The position numbers and the translations under genes were made by a program. Shown in pieces: positions 26,501-40,493 of a stretch of DNA of 64,000 bases; the stretch's first letter is position 1; each line of letters opens with the position of its first letter. Source of the stretch: Camelus ferus (taxonomy: Eukaryota); contig NC_045697.1 in the NCBI RefSeq assembly GCF_009834535.1, positions 120,158,001 to 120,222,000 on the forward strand, read 5' to 3'. The notes under the pieces were generated by a model, which saw only the letters and a list, made by a program, of their open reading frames with translations, was not told the DNA's origin and did no database searches.

Positions 26501-28842
26501 CAGTATTCTGGAACACGTATTTGCTTGGTGCGAATTGTGAAGCCCCACAGCACACTCAATCCAGGGGCCCAAGATTTTCCCTTTTAGGGCCAAGTCCGCT
26601 AATTACCTCCATAGTCCATCTCTGGGTACTCACTGCTAATTGGATTCCCAGCCCAACCCCCATGTTTCCCTTGCAGCCCGGCCTGGGGTAACACAGAATG
26701 AAAAGAAGCTATGGGTGCTATTCGAACCCATGCCCTGCTGACAAATGTGGAAACCTTCGAACACTCAGTATAACAGAACATATCTTTCTGTGTGTGATGG
26801 TGTAGGAAAACACACTCCAGGCATTTTTATGAGGATTCAGGTTTTCCCAGGTTTGGGAGATGTCGTCTTGATTCCTTCAGTGTCCATGGGGTGGCACTGT
26901 CTTCTTCTTCCTTTTCAAGCCCAACTCCCAGATTTCCCTTGCAGCCCGGACAAGTGAAACACCCATGGAAGACAAATAAGTGATTCTATCAGAACCCCGG
27001 CGTTGCTGTCTGTTGGAGGATCCTCCAAAGATTCAGGATTCTGGAACACGTCTTTTAGTGTGGGGAGTTGTGGAACCCCAATCCACGCAGATGGATGGGG
27101 TCACAGATATGTCCCTGTTAGGGAGAAGTCCACTAATTACCTCCACAGTGAATCTTGGGGCACTCGCTTCTTCTTAGATTTTCACTCTATCCTCCAGTTT
27201 TCACTCGCAGCCCGGACTTGTAAAACACTCAGTGATAATAAGCTATGTTTGTATTGGAACCCTGGAGCTGCAGACAATTGTAGGTACCTCCCCACAATCA
27301 GAATAACAGAACACTTATTTGAGTGTCTCATTTAGATGGGTAAACTAAATTCACGCATGTTTCAGTTTGTATAGGAGTTCCTAGGATGTGGGAGTTCGGA
27401 TATTTACATCCACTGTCCATGGGGAATCCCTTGCAGTTGCTTGGATTCCAGCCCAACCCCCAGCATTCCCTCGCATCCCGGTCTGTGGAAACACTCAGGG
27501 AAATTAAGCTACAGTTTCTATTTGAACTAAAGCGCTCCTGAGTGTTGTAGAAACCTCCGTACACTAACGAAACAGAACAAAGCTTTGTGTGTGTGATGGA
27601 GTAAGAAAACACAGTAAGGCATGTCTCTGGGGTGCAGGTTTTCGCAGGATGGGAAATGTTGGCTAATTACCTCCACTGCCCATGGGGAAGGACTCTCTTC
27701 TTCTTCGATATCGAGCCCTAATCCTAGCATTCCCTTGAAGCCCGACCGTGGAAAACACCCAGGGATGACAAACTAAATCATTCTATCATAACCAGGGCGC
27801 TGCAGTATGTTGGAGGAACCTCCAAACACTCAGGATTCCGGAACACGGATTTGCTTGGTGCGAATTGTTAAGCCCAACAGCACACTCATTGCTGGGGCCC
27901 AAGATTTTCCCTTTTCGGGCCAAGTCCGCTAATTACCTGCATAGTCCATCTCGGGGCATTCGCTTCTACTTGGATTTCCAGCCATAACCCATGCTTTCCC
28001 TTGCAGCCCGACCTGGGAAAACACACAGGGAATATATGTTATTGGTTGTAATGGAACCCAGTCTCTACCTACCGTTGTAGGTAACTTCCCACAACTTGGA
28101 TAAAAGAATAAACATTTGTGTGTCTGATGGAGATGGGTAAACAAACTGCAAGCATATAATGGGGGGCTTAGTTGTTCCAAGGCTGTGGGACGTCGGAAAA
28201 TTACCTCAAATTCTCATGGGGAGTTTCTCACTGCTGCAACGAAATTCAGCCACACCCACTGATTTACCTCGCAGCCAGGTCTGTGAAAACACTCATGGAA
28301 AACTAAATACTTGTGCTAGTAGAAACAAGGCGCTGCTGAAACTTGTAGAATCCTACTCACACTCAGGATAGCAGAACAAATTTTTGTGTGTGTGATGGTG
28401 TAGGGAAATACACACCGGGCATGTTTCTGGTGTTACAGCTGTTCCCAGGTTTGGAGATGAGGCCTAATTACCTCCACTTCCAATGGGGAGGCACTCTATA
28501 CTTCTTCGCATTCCAGACCAACTCCCTGCTTTCCTTTGAAGCCCGGCCTAAGAAAACACCTAGGGATGACAATATTATTGATTCTATCAGAACCTCCGCT
28601 CTGCTGCCTTTTGGATGTACAACACACACTCAAAATTCCGGAACATGTCTTTGCTTGGTGGTGGATTGGAGACCAACACCACAAGATGCCTGGGGGCACA
28701 GTTTCTCTCTGTTTGGGAGAATTCCGCTAATTACCTCTACAGTCAATTTCTGGGCAATCCTTGCTACTTGGCTTTCCAGACGAACCCCCAGATTCCCTCG
28801 CAGCCCACCCGGGAACACACTCAGAGATTATAAGCTAGTGGT
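23537..28842. repeat. 20-monomer HOR (5306 bp = 9-mer + 11-mer, boundary 25923)
   Basis: Anchors at 23537, 25923 and 28843. ORFs 21699/27003/32307 are spaced 5304 apart. Confidence 0.92.
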
Positions 28843-31800
28843 TCTATTGGAACCAAGGCACTGCAGACCGTTGTAGGAAGCTCCGCACACGCAGGATAAA
28901 AGAACATTTTTTTGTGTCTGAATGAGATGCTAAAAACTGCACACAAGTTTCAGGGGGTACAGGTTTTCCTATGTTGGGGTAGGTCAGATTATTCCCATTA
29001 ATGCCCATGGGGTGGTAATCGCTCCTGCTTAGATTTCCATCCCATCCCCCAGTTTCCCTTGCAACCCAATCAGAGAAAACAGTCAGGAAATTTAGCTAAA
29101 GTTTCTATTAGAACCAAGAAGATGCTGAAAGTTGTAGAAACTTCTCCATACACAGTTTAACAGAACACTTCTTTGTGTGTGTGATTGAGTAGGAAAACAC
29201 ACTCCATACATGTTTCTGTGGTGCAGGTGTATCCAGTCTGTGAGACGTTGGCTAAGTATCTCCACAGCCCATGGGGAGGCACTCTGTTTTTCTTCATTTT
29301 CCAGCCCTAATCCCAGCTTTCCTTTGCAGCCCGGGTTAGGAAAACTCCCAGGGATGACAAACTAATTGATTCTATCAGAACCCCGGCCCTGCTGTCTGTT
29401 AGAGGGACCTCCACACACACACAGGATTAACAAACACGTCTTTGCTTGGGAGAATTGTGAAGCCCCACTCCACACACATGGCTGATGGCCCAAGTTTTTC
29501 CCTGTTAGGTAGAAGTCCGCTAATTACCTCTACATACCATCGTGGGGCACTCGCTGCTACTTGGATTTCCATCACAAACCCCAGTATTACCTTGCAGGAC
29601 GGACTGGGGAAACACACAGGGAAAAGGATCTACTGGTGCTATTAGAACACATGCGAGGCTAACATTTGTGGAAAACTTCGAACACTCATGATAACAGAGC
29701 ACATCTTTCTGTGTGGGATGGAGTAGTAAAACACACTCCAGGCATTTTTCTGGGGATTCAGTTTTTCCCAGGTTGGGAGATTTCGGCTAGATTCCTTCAC
29801 TGCCCATGTTGATGCATTGACTTCTTCTTCGTTTTCAAGCCCAACTCCCAACTTTCCCTTGCATCCCGGTCTATGATTATACCCAGGGATGACAGTCTAA
29901 GTGATTATTTCAGAGCTACGATGCTGCTGAATTTTCAGGAACATCCAGAAACTTAGGATTCTGGATCAATTCTATGCTTGGGGGTAATTTGTAGACCCAC
30001 ACAACAGAGATGGCTTGGGGCACCGGTTTTTCCCTGTAAGGGTGATGTCCGCTAATTACCTCCACAGTCCATCACGGGTCACTCGCTGCAACATGGCTTT
30101 CCAGTGCAAGCGCAGCATTCCCTCGCATGCTGGAATGGGAAAACAATCAGGGATAATAATCCAGTTGTTCTATTGGAACCCAGGTGCTGCAGAACATTGT
30201 AGGATACTCCCAACACCCAGGAAAGAGAACACTTCTTTGTGTGTATCATGAAGTCTCGTAAAAAAACTCCACGCGTGTTTCAGGGGTTAAGGTATTGCTA
30301 GTTAGTGGGAGTTCGGATAATTCCCACCAATGCCCATGGGGAGGCACTCGCTCCTGCTTGGATTTCCAGCCCAACCCCCATCATTCCCTCTCAGCCCGGC
30401 CTAGGAAAACACTCAGGGATAATATGCTATTGGTTGTATTGGAACCCAGTAGCTACCTAACGTTGTAGGCTCCTTCCAACATCTGGGATAACAGAAGAAA
30501 ACTTTGTGTGTCTGATGGCGATGGGTAAACAAACTCCACGCATATTTCAGGGGGCACAGGTGTTCCAAGGCTGTGGGACGTTGGAAAATTACCTCAAATT
30601 CTCATGGGGAGTATCTCACTGCTGCTACGAAATACAGCCAAACCCACAGCATTACCTCGCAGCTAGGATTGTGTAAACACTCACGGAAAAGAAAATACTG
30701 GTGCTATTAAAACCCAGGCACTGCTGATATTTGTAGAATCCTCCCCACACTCAGGATAGCAGAACACATCTTTGTGTGTGTGATGGTGTTGAAAAATACA
30801 CTGCAGGCATATTAATGGGGGTACAGCTCTTCCAAGGTTTGGAGATGTCGCCTAATTACCTCCACTGCCAATAGGGAGGCACTCTATACTCCTTCGCTTT
30901 CCAGACTAATTCCCAGCTTTCCTTTGAAGCCCGGCCTAAGGAAACACCTAGGGATGACAATATTAGCGATTCTATAAGAACCCCATCTCTGCTGACAGTT
31001 GGAGGTACAACACACACTCAAAATTCTGGAACATGGCTTTGCTTGGTGGATGTATGGAGACCAACATCACAATATTCCTGGGGGCACAGTTTCTCTCTGA
31101 CTGGGAGAAGTCCACTCATTACCCCTACAGTCAATTTCTGGGCAAACCTGGGTAATTGGCTTTCCAGCCGAACCCCCAGTTTCCCTCGTAGCCCGCCCTG
31201 GAACACACTAAGAGATTATAAGCTAGTGGTTCTATTGGAACCCAGGCACTGCAGACCGTTTTAGGAAGCTCCGCACACGCAGGATAACAGAACACTTATT
31301 TTGTGTCTGATAGAGTTGTTAAAAATTCCACGCATGTTTCAGCGGTTACAGTTTTACCGAGGAAGGGGGAGGTCAGATTATTCCCATTAATGCCCATGTG
31401 GACGTAATCGCTCCTGCTTGGATTTCCATACCATCCCCCAGTTTCCCCTGCAACCCAGTCAGAGAAAACAGTCAGGAAATATAGCTAAAATTTCTATTAG
31501 AAGCCAGGCGCTGCTGAAAGTTGTAGAAACCTCCCCATACACAGGGAAACAGAACACTTCTTTGTGTGTGAGATGGAGTAGAAATACACAGTACATGCAT
31601 GTATCAGGGGTGCAGGTGTAACCAGTTTGGGAGACGTTTGCTAAGTATCTCCACAGCCCATGGGGATGCACTCTGTTTTCTTCGATTTCCAGCCCTACTC
31701 CCAGCTTTCCCTTGCAGCCCGGGTTAGGAAAACACTCAGGGATGACAAACTAAATCATTCTATCAGAACCAGTGCGCTGCTGTATGTGTGGAGGAACCTC

Positions 31801-34145
31801 CAAACACTCAATATTCTAGAACACGGATTTGCTTGGTGCGAATTGTGAAGCCCCACAGCACACTCAATCCTGGGGCACAAGATTTTCCCTTTTAGGGCCA
31901 AGTCCGCTAATTACCTCCATAGTCCATCTCTGGGTACTCACTGCTACTTGGATTCCCAGCCCAACCCCCATGTTTCCCTTGCAGCCCGGCCTGGGGTAAC
32001 ACAGACTGAAAAGAAGCTATTGGTGCTATTCGAAACCATGCACTGCTAACAAACGTGGAAACCTTCGAACACTCAGGATAACAGAACATATCTTTCTGTG
32101 TTTGATGGTGTAGGAAAACACACTCCAGGCATTTTTATGGGGATCCAGGTTTTCCCAGGTGAGATGTCGTCTTGATTCCTTCAGTGTCCATGGGGTGGCA
32201 CTGTCTTCTTCTTCCTTTTCAAGCCCAACTCCCAGCTTTCCCTTGCAGCCCGGACATGTGAAACACCCATGGAAGACAAATAAGTGATTCTATCAGAACA
32301 CCGGCTTTGCTGTCTTTTGGAGGATACTCCAAAGCTTCAGGATTCTGGAACACGTCTTTTAGTGTGGGGAGTTGTGGAAACCCAATCCACGCAGATGGAT
32401 GGGGTCACAGATATGACCCTATTAGGGAGAAGTCCGCTAATTACATCCACAGTGAATCTTGGGGCACTCGCTTCTTCTTAGATTTTCACTCTATCCCCCA
32501 GTATTCACTCGCAGCCCGGCCTTGTAAAACACTCAGTGATAATAAGCTATATTTCTATTGGAACCCTGGTGCTGCAGACAATTGTAGGTATCTCCCCACA
32601 ATCAGAATAACAGAACACTAATTTGAGTGTCTCATTTAGATGGGTAAACTAAATTCACGCATGTTTCAGTTTGTTTAGGAGTTCCTAGGTTGTGGGAGTT
32701 CGGATATTTACATCCAATCTCCGTGGGTAATCCCTTGCAGTTGCTTGGATTCCAGCCCAAACCCCAGCGTTCCCTCCCATCCCGGTCTGTGGAAACACTC
32801 AGGGAAATTAAGCTACAGTTTCTATTTGAACTAAGGCGCTCCTGACAGTTGTAGAAACCTCCCTACACTAAGGAAACAGAACACATCTTTGTGTGTGTGA
32901 TGGAGTAAGAAAACACAGTAAGGCATGTCTATGGGGTGCAGGTTTTCGCAGGATGGGAAATGTTGGCTAATTACCTCCACTGCCCATGGGGAAGAACTCT
33001 CTTCTTCTTCGATATCCAGCCCTAATCCTAGCATTCCCTTGCAGCCCGACCGTGGAAAACACCCAGGGATGACAAACAAAATCATTCTATCAGAACCAAG
33101 GCGCTGCTGTATGTTGGAGGAACGTCCAAACACTCAGGTTTCCGAACACGGATTTGCTTGGTGCGAATTGTGAATCCCCACAGCACACTCATTGATGTAG
33201 CCCAAGATTTTCCCTTTTCAGGCCAAGTCCTGTTATTACCTCCATAGTCCATCTCGGGGCACTCGCTTCTACTTGGATTTCCAGCCCTAACCCATGCTTA
33301 CTCTTGCAGCCCGACCAGGGAAAACACACAGGGAAAATATGTTATTGGTTGTAATGGAACCCAGTCTCTACCTACCGTTGTAGGTAACTTCCCACAACTA
33401 GGATAAAAGAATAAACATTTGCGTGTCTGATGGAGATGGGTAAACATACTCCAAGCATATAATGGGGGGCTTAGGAGTTCCAAGGCTGTGGGACGTCGGA
33501 AAATTACCTCAAATTCTCATGGGGAGTTTCTCACTGCTGCAACGAAATTCAGCCAAACCCACAGATTTACCTCGCAGCCAGGCCTGTGAAAACACTCATG
33601 GAAAACTAAATACTTGTGCTAGTAGAAACAAGGCGCTGCTGAAACTTGTAGAATCCTACTCACACTCAGGATAGCAGAACAAATTTTTGTGTGTGGGATG
33701 GTGTAGGGAAATACACTCCGGGCATGTTTCTGGTGTTACAGCTGTTCCCAGGTTTGGAGATGAGGCCTAATTACCTCCACTTCCAATGGGGAGGCACCAT
33801 ATACTTCTTCGCATTCCAGACCAACTCCCTGCTTTCCTTTGAATCCCGGCCAAAGAAAACACCTAGGGATGACAGTATTATTGATTCTATCAGAACCTCC
33901 GCTCTGCTGCCTGTTGGAGGTACAACACACACTCAAAATTCCGGAACATGTCTTTGCTTGGTGTTGGATTGGAGACAAACACCACAAGATGCCTGGGGGC
34001 ACAGTTTCTCTCTGTTTGGGAGAATTCCGCTAATTACCTCTACAGTCAATTTCTGGGCAATCCTTGCTACTTGGCTTTCCAGACGAACCCCCAGATTCCC
34101 TCGCAGCCCACCCGGGAACACACTCAGAGATTATAAGCTAGTGGT
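28843..34145. repeat. 20-monomer HOR (5303 bp = 9-mer + 11-mer, boundary 31231)
   Basis: Anchors at 28843, 31231 and 34146. ORFs 28388/33691 are spaced 5303 apart. Confidence 0.92.
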
Positions 34146-37100
34146 TCTATTGGAACCAAGGCACTGCAGACCGTTGTAGGAAGCTCCGCACACCCAGGAT
34201 AACAGAACATTTTTTTGTGTCTGAATGAGATGCTAAAAACTGCACACAAATTTCAGGGGGTACAGGATTTCCTAGGTTGGGGTAGGTCAGATTATTCCCA
34301 TTAATGCCCATGGGGTGGTAATCGCTCCTGCTTAGATTTCCATCCCATCCCCCAGTTTCCCTTGCAACCCAATCAGAGAAAACAGTCAGGAAATTTAGCT
34401 AAAGTTTCTATTAGAACCAAGAGGATGCTGACAGTTGTAGAAACTTCCCCATACACAGGTTAACAGAACACTTTTTGTGTATGTGATTGAGTAGGAAAAC
34501 ACACTCCATGCATGTTTCTGGGGTGCAGGTGTAACCAGGATGGTAGTCGTTGGCTAATTATCTCCACAGCCCATGGGGAGGCACTCGGTTTTTCTTCAAT
34601 TTCCAGAACTACTCCCAGCTTTCCCTTGCAGCCTGGGTTAGGAAAACACCCAGGGATGACAAACTAATTGATTCTATCAGAACCCCGGCCCTGCTGTCTG
34701 TTGGAGGGACCTCCACACACACAGGATAAACAAACACGTCTTTGCTTGGGAGAATTATGAAGCCCCACTCCACACACATGGCTGATGGCTCAAGTTTTTC
34801 CCTGTTAGGTAGAAGTCCGCTAATTACCTCTACATACCATCGTGGGGCACTCGCTGCTACTTGGATTTCCATCCCAACCACCAGGATTCCCTTGCAGCCC
34901 GGCCTGGGGAAACACACAGTGAAAAGAATCTACTGGTGCTATTAGGACACATGCGCTGCTGACAATTGTGGAAACCTTCGAACACTCATGATAACAGAGC
35001 ACATCTTTCTGTGTGGGATGGAGTAGTAAAACACACTCCAGGCATTTTTCTGGGGATCCAGTTTTTCCCAGGTTGGGAGATTTCGGCTAGATTCCTTCAA
35101 TGCCCAAGTTGATGCATTTACTTCTTCTTCGTTTTCAAGCCCAACTCCCAACTTTCCCTTGCATCCCGGTCTAGGATTATACCCAGGGATGACAGTCTAA
35201 GTGATTTTATCAGAGCTACCATGCTGCTGTATTTTTTAGGAACTTCCAGAAACTTAGGAATCTGGATGACGTCTATGTTTGGGGGTAGCTTTGGAGACCC
35301 ACACGACAGAGATGGCTGGGGGCACAGGTTTTTCCCTGTGAGGGAGATGTCCGCTAATTACCTCCAAATTCCATCTTGGGTCACTCGATGCTACATGGCT
35401 TTCCAGCGAAAGCAGAGCATTCCCTCGCAGGCCGGCCTGGGAAAACAATCAGGGATAATAAGCCAGTGGTTCTATTGGAACCCAGGTGCTGCAGAACATT
35501 GTAGGATACTCCCCACACTCAGGATAAAAACAGTTCTTTGTGTGTCTCATGAAATTCCATAAAAAAACCCCACGCGTGTTTCAGGGGTTAAGGTGTTGCT
35601 AGTTAGTGGGAGTTGGGTAATTCCCTCCAATGCCCATTGGGAGGCACTCGCTCCTGCTTGGTTTTCCAGCCAAACCCCCAGCTTTCCCTCTCAGCCCGTC
35701 CTGGGAAAACACTCAGGGATAATATGCTATTGGTTGTATTGGAACCAAGTCGCTACCTACCGTTTTAGGCTCCTTCCGACATCTGGGATAACAGAAGAAA
35801 TTTTTTGTTTCTGTTGGAGATGGGTAAAAAAACTCCACGCATGTTTCAGGGAGCACAGGTGTTCCATGGCTGTGGGACGTCGGAAAATTAACTCAAATTC
35901 TCATGAGGAGTTTCTCACTGCTGCTACGAAATTCAGCCAAACCCGCAGCTTTACCTCGCAGCTAGGCTTGTGTAAAAACTCACGGAAAGGAAAATACTGG
36001 TGCTATTAGAACCCAGGCGCTGCTGATATTTGTAGAATCCTCCCCAAACTCAGGATAGCAGAACACATCTTTGTGTGTGTGATGGTGTAGAAAAATACAC
36101 TCCAGGCATATTTCTAGGGGTACAGTTCTTCCCAGTTTTGGAGATGTCGCCTAATTACCTCCACTGTCAATGGGGAGGGAATCTATACTTCTTCACTTTG
36201 CAGACCATCTCCCAAATTTCCCTTACAGCCCGGCCTAGGAAAACACCTAGTGATAACAATATTTGTGATTCTATGAGAAACCCATCGCTGCTGCCTGTTG
36301 GAGGTACAACACAAACTCAAAATTCTGGAACATGGCTTTACTTGGTGGAGGTGTGGAGATCAAAACCACAAGATTCCTTGGGGCACATTTCTCTCTCTCT
36401 GGGAGAAGTCCGCTAATTACCTCTAAAGTCCATCCCTGGGCACTCGTTGCTACTTGACTTTCAAGCCGAACACCAAGCTATCCCTCGCAGCCCGCACTGG
36501 AAAACACTCAGAAATAATAAGTTAATTGTTCTATTGGAACTCAAGCACTGCAGACCGTTTTAGGATCCTCCGCACACGCAGGATATCCGAAAAAAATTTT
36601 TGGGTCTCATTGAGATGGTGAAAGCTCCACACATGTTTCAGTGTGTACTGGTTTTACTAGGTTGTGGGAGGTCAGATACATCCCACTACAGCCCATGGGG
36701 AAGTACTCGCACCTGCTTGGCTTTCCAGCCCATCCCCCAGTTTCCTTTGCAACCCAGCCTAAGAAAACAATCAGGAAATTTAGCTAAAGTTTCTATCAGA
36801 ACCACAGTGCTGCAGTCTGTTGTAGGAACTTCAACACACACAAGATTCCCAAACACGACTTTGCTTGTAAAAGTTTTGAAGCCCCAATCCACAAACATGG
36901 CTGGGGCACAAGTTTTTCCCTGTTAGGGAGAAGTCCGATAATTAGATCTTCAGTCCTTCTCTGGCACCTGCTGCTACTTGGAATTGCAGACCAACCCCCA
37001 TGTTTCCCTTGCAGGCCGGCCTGGGTTATCACAGATGGAAAAGAAGATATTGGTGCTATTTGAACTCATGCCCTGCTGACAATTGTGGAAACCTTCGAAC

Positions 37101-40100
37101 ACTCAGGATAAAAGAACATATATTTCTGAGTGTGACGGAATAGGAAAACATAATCCAGGCATGTTTTTGGGGTACAGCTTTTCCCAGGTTGTGAGATTTC
37201 GCCTATTTACCTCCGCTTCCAATGTGGTGGCACTCTATACTTCTTCACTTTCCAGACCAACTCCCAGCTGTCCTTTGAAGCCCGACCTAAAGAAACACCT
37301 ACGGATGACAATATTAGCGTTTCTATCAGAACACCCTCTCTGCTGCCTGTTGGAGGTACAACACACACTCAAAATTCCGGAACATGGCTTTGCTTGGTGG
37401 AGGTGTGGAAACCAATACCACAAGATGCCTGAGGGCACAGTTTCTCTCTGTCAGGGAGAATTCCGATTATTACCTCTACAGTCAATATCTGGGCAATCAT
37501 GGCTACTTTTCTTTCCAGCCGAACCCCCAGTTTCCCTCACAGCCCGTCCTGGAAAACACTCAGAAATTATAAGCTAGTGGTTCTATTGGAACCAAGGCAC
37601 TGCCGACAGTTGTAGGAAGCTTCGCACACGCAGGAAAAGAGAACAATATTTTTTTGTGTCTGATTGAGCTGGTAAAAACTCCACGCATATTACAGGGGGT
37701 ACAGGTTTTCCTAGGTTGGGGGAATTCAGATTATTCCCATTAATGCCCATGGGGAGGTAATCGCCCTTGATTGGATTTTCATCCCATCCCCCAGTTTCCC
37801 TTGCAACCCAGTCAGAGAAAGCAGTCAGGAAATTTAGCTAAATTTCTAATAGAACCCAGGCGGTGCTGACAGTTGTAGAAACCTCAACATACACAGGGTA
37901 ACAGAACACTTCTTTGTGTGTGTGATGGAGTAGGAATACACTGTCCATGCATGTATCTGGGGTGTAGGTGTTATCAGGTTGGGAGACGTTGGCTAAGTAT
38001 CTCCACAGCCCATGTGGAGGCACTCTGTTTTCTCCGTTTTCCAGCCCTACTCCCAGCATTCCCGTGAAGCCCGGGTTAGGAAAACAGCCAGGGATGACAA
38101 ACTAAGTGATTCTATCAGAACCCCGGTCCTGCTGTCAGTTGGAGTAACCTCCACAAACACAGGATTCCCAAACACTTATTTTCTTCGAAGAATTTTGAAG
38201 CCCCAAACCCCATAAACGTCTGGGGCTCAAGTTTTTCCAAGTTAATGAGAAGTGCGCTAAATAGCTCTACATTCCATCTGGGGCACTCGCTGCTACTTGG
38301 AATTCCAGCCCAACCCCCATGTTTCCCTTGCAGCCCGACCTGGGGTAACACAGAGTGAAAAGAAGCTATTGGTGCTATTCGAACCCATGCCCTGCTGACA
38401 ATTGTGGAAACCTTCGAACACTCAGGATGAGAGAACATATCTTTCTGTGTGTGATGGAGTAGGAAAACATACTCCAGGCATTTTTCGGGGGATCCAGGTT
38501 TTTCCAGGTTGGGAGATGTCGGCTAGATTTCTTTAGTGCCCATGGGGTTGCACTGTCTTCTTCTTCGTTTTCAAGCTCAACTCCCAGCTTTCCCTTGCAG
38601 CCCGGACAAGTGAAACACCCATGGATGATAAATAAGTGATTCTATTAGAACCCCGGCCTTGTTGTCTTTTGGAGGAACTTCCAAATCTTCAGGATTCTCT
38701 AACACGTCTTTTAGTGTGGGGAGTTGTGGAACCCCAATTCACAAAGATGGATGGGGTCACAGATTTGTCACTGTTAGGGAGAAGTCCGCTAAATACTTCC
38801 ACATTGAATCTTGGGGCACTCGCTGCTTCTTAGATTTTCAGTCTATCCCCCAGGTTTTGCTCGCAGCCCGGCCTTGTAAAACACTCAGTGATAATAAGCT
38901 AGGTTTCTATAGGAACCCAGGTGCTGCAGACAATTGTAGGAACCAACCCACACTCAGAATAACAGAACAATACTTTGAGTGTCTGATTTAGATGGGTAAA
39001 CTAAATCCACACATGTTTCAGGTTGTATAGGCGTTCCTAGGTTGTGGGAGGTCGGATATTTACATCCACTGTCCATGGGGAGTCCTTTGCAGTTGCTTGG
39101 ATTCCAGCCCAACCCCCAGTGTTCCCTCGCATCCCGGCCTGTGAAAACACTCAGGGAAAATGCTACAGTTTCTATAAAAACTAAGGCGCTCCTGACAGTT
39201 GTTAAAACCTCCCTACACTAAGGAAACAGAACACATTTTGTGTGCGTGATGGAGTAAGAAAACACAATAAGGCATATCTCTGGGATGCAGGTGTTCGCAG
39301 GATGTGATATGTTGGCTAAATAACTCCACTGCCCATGGGGAAGCACTCCCTTCTTCTTCGATATCCAGCCATAATCCTAGCATTCCCTTGCAGCCCGACC
39401 ATGGAAAACACCCAGGGATGACAAACTAAATCATTCTATCAGAACCAGGGTGCTGCTGTATGTTGGAGGAACCTCCAAACTCTCAGGATTCTGCAACACG
39501 GATTGGCTTGGTGTGAATTGTGAAGCCCCACAGCACACTCATTGCTGGGGCCCAAGATTTTCCCTTTAGGGCCAAGTCCGCTAATTACCTCCATAGTCCA
39601 TCACGGGGCACTTGCAGCTACTTGGATTTCCAGCCCAAACCCAAGATTTCCCACGCAGACCGGCCTGGGAAAGCACACAAGGAAAATATGTTATTTGTTG
39701 TAACGGAACCCAGCCTCTACCTACCGTTGTAGGAATCTTCCCACAACTAGGATAAAAGAAGAAACATTTGTGTGTCTGATGGTGATGGTTAAACAATCTC
39801 CAAGCATGTGTCAATGGGCTTAGGTGTTCCAAGGCTGTGGAACTTCGGAAAATTACCTCAAATTCACATGGGGGGTAACTCGCTGCTGCTACGTATTAAA
39901 GCCAAGCCCACAGCTTTACCTCGCAGTCAGGCCTCTGAAAACACTCACGGAAAACTAAATACTGGTGATACTAGAACCAAGGCGCTGGTGAAATTTGTAG
40001 AATCCTCCCCACATTCAGGATAGCAAAACAAATTTTGTGTGTGTGATGGTGGAGGAAAGTACACTCCAGGCATGTTTCTGGGGTTAAAGCTCTTCCCAGG

Positions 40101-40493
40101 TTTGGAGATGTCGCCTAATAACCTCCACTTCCAATGGGGAGGCAATCTATACTTCTTCACTTTCCAGAACAACTCCCAGCTTTCCTTTCAAGCCCGGCCT
40201 AATAAAACACCTTGGGATGACAATATTAGTGATTCTATCAGAACACCCGCTCTGCTGCCTGTTGGAGGTACAACACACACTCAAAATTCCGGAACATGGC
40301 TTTGCTTGGTGGAGGTGTGGAAACCAACACCACAAGAAGCCTGAGGGCACAGTTTCTCTCTGTCTGGGAGAAGACCGTATATTACCTCTACAGTCAATTT
40401 CTGGGCAATCCTGGCTACTTGTCTTTCCAGGCGAACCCCCATTTTCCCTCGCAGCCAGCCCTGGAAAACTCTCAGAGATTATAAGCTAGTGGT
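34146..40493. repeat. Diverged 24-monomer unit (6348 bp = 13-mer 34146-37581 + 11-mer 37582-40493)
   Basis: Same monomer order as 221-6574, including the four extra monomers (anchors ~36269, 36530, 36792, 37055) that the 20-mers lack. Confidence 0.88.

Noticed and set aside
29411..29423. Short CA/GT runs (cacacacacaca here; gtgtgtgtg in many monomers)
   Set aside because: These are internal parts of the monomer with minor slippage, not independent microsatellites.
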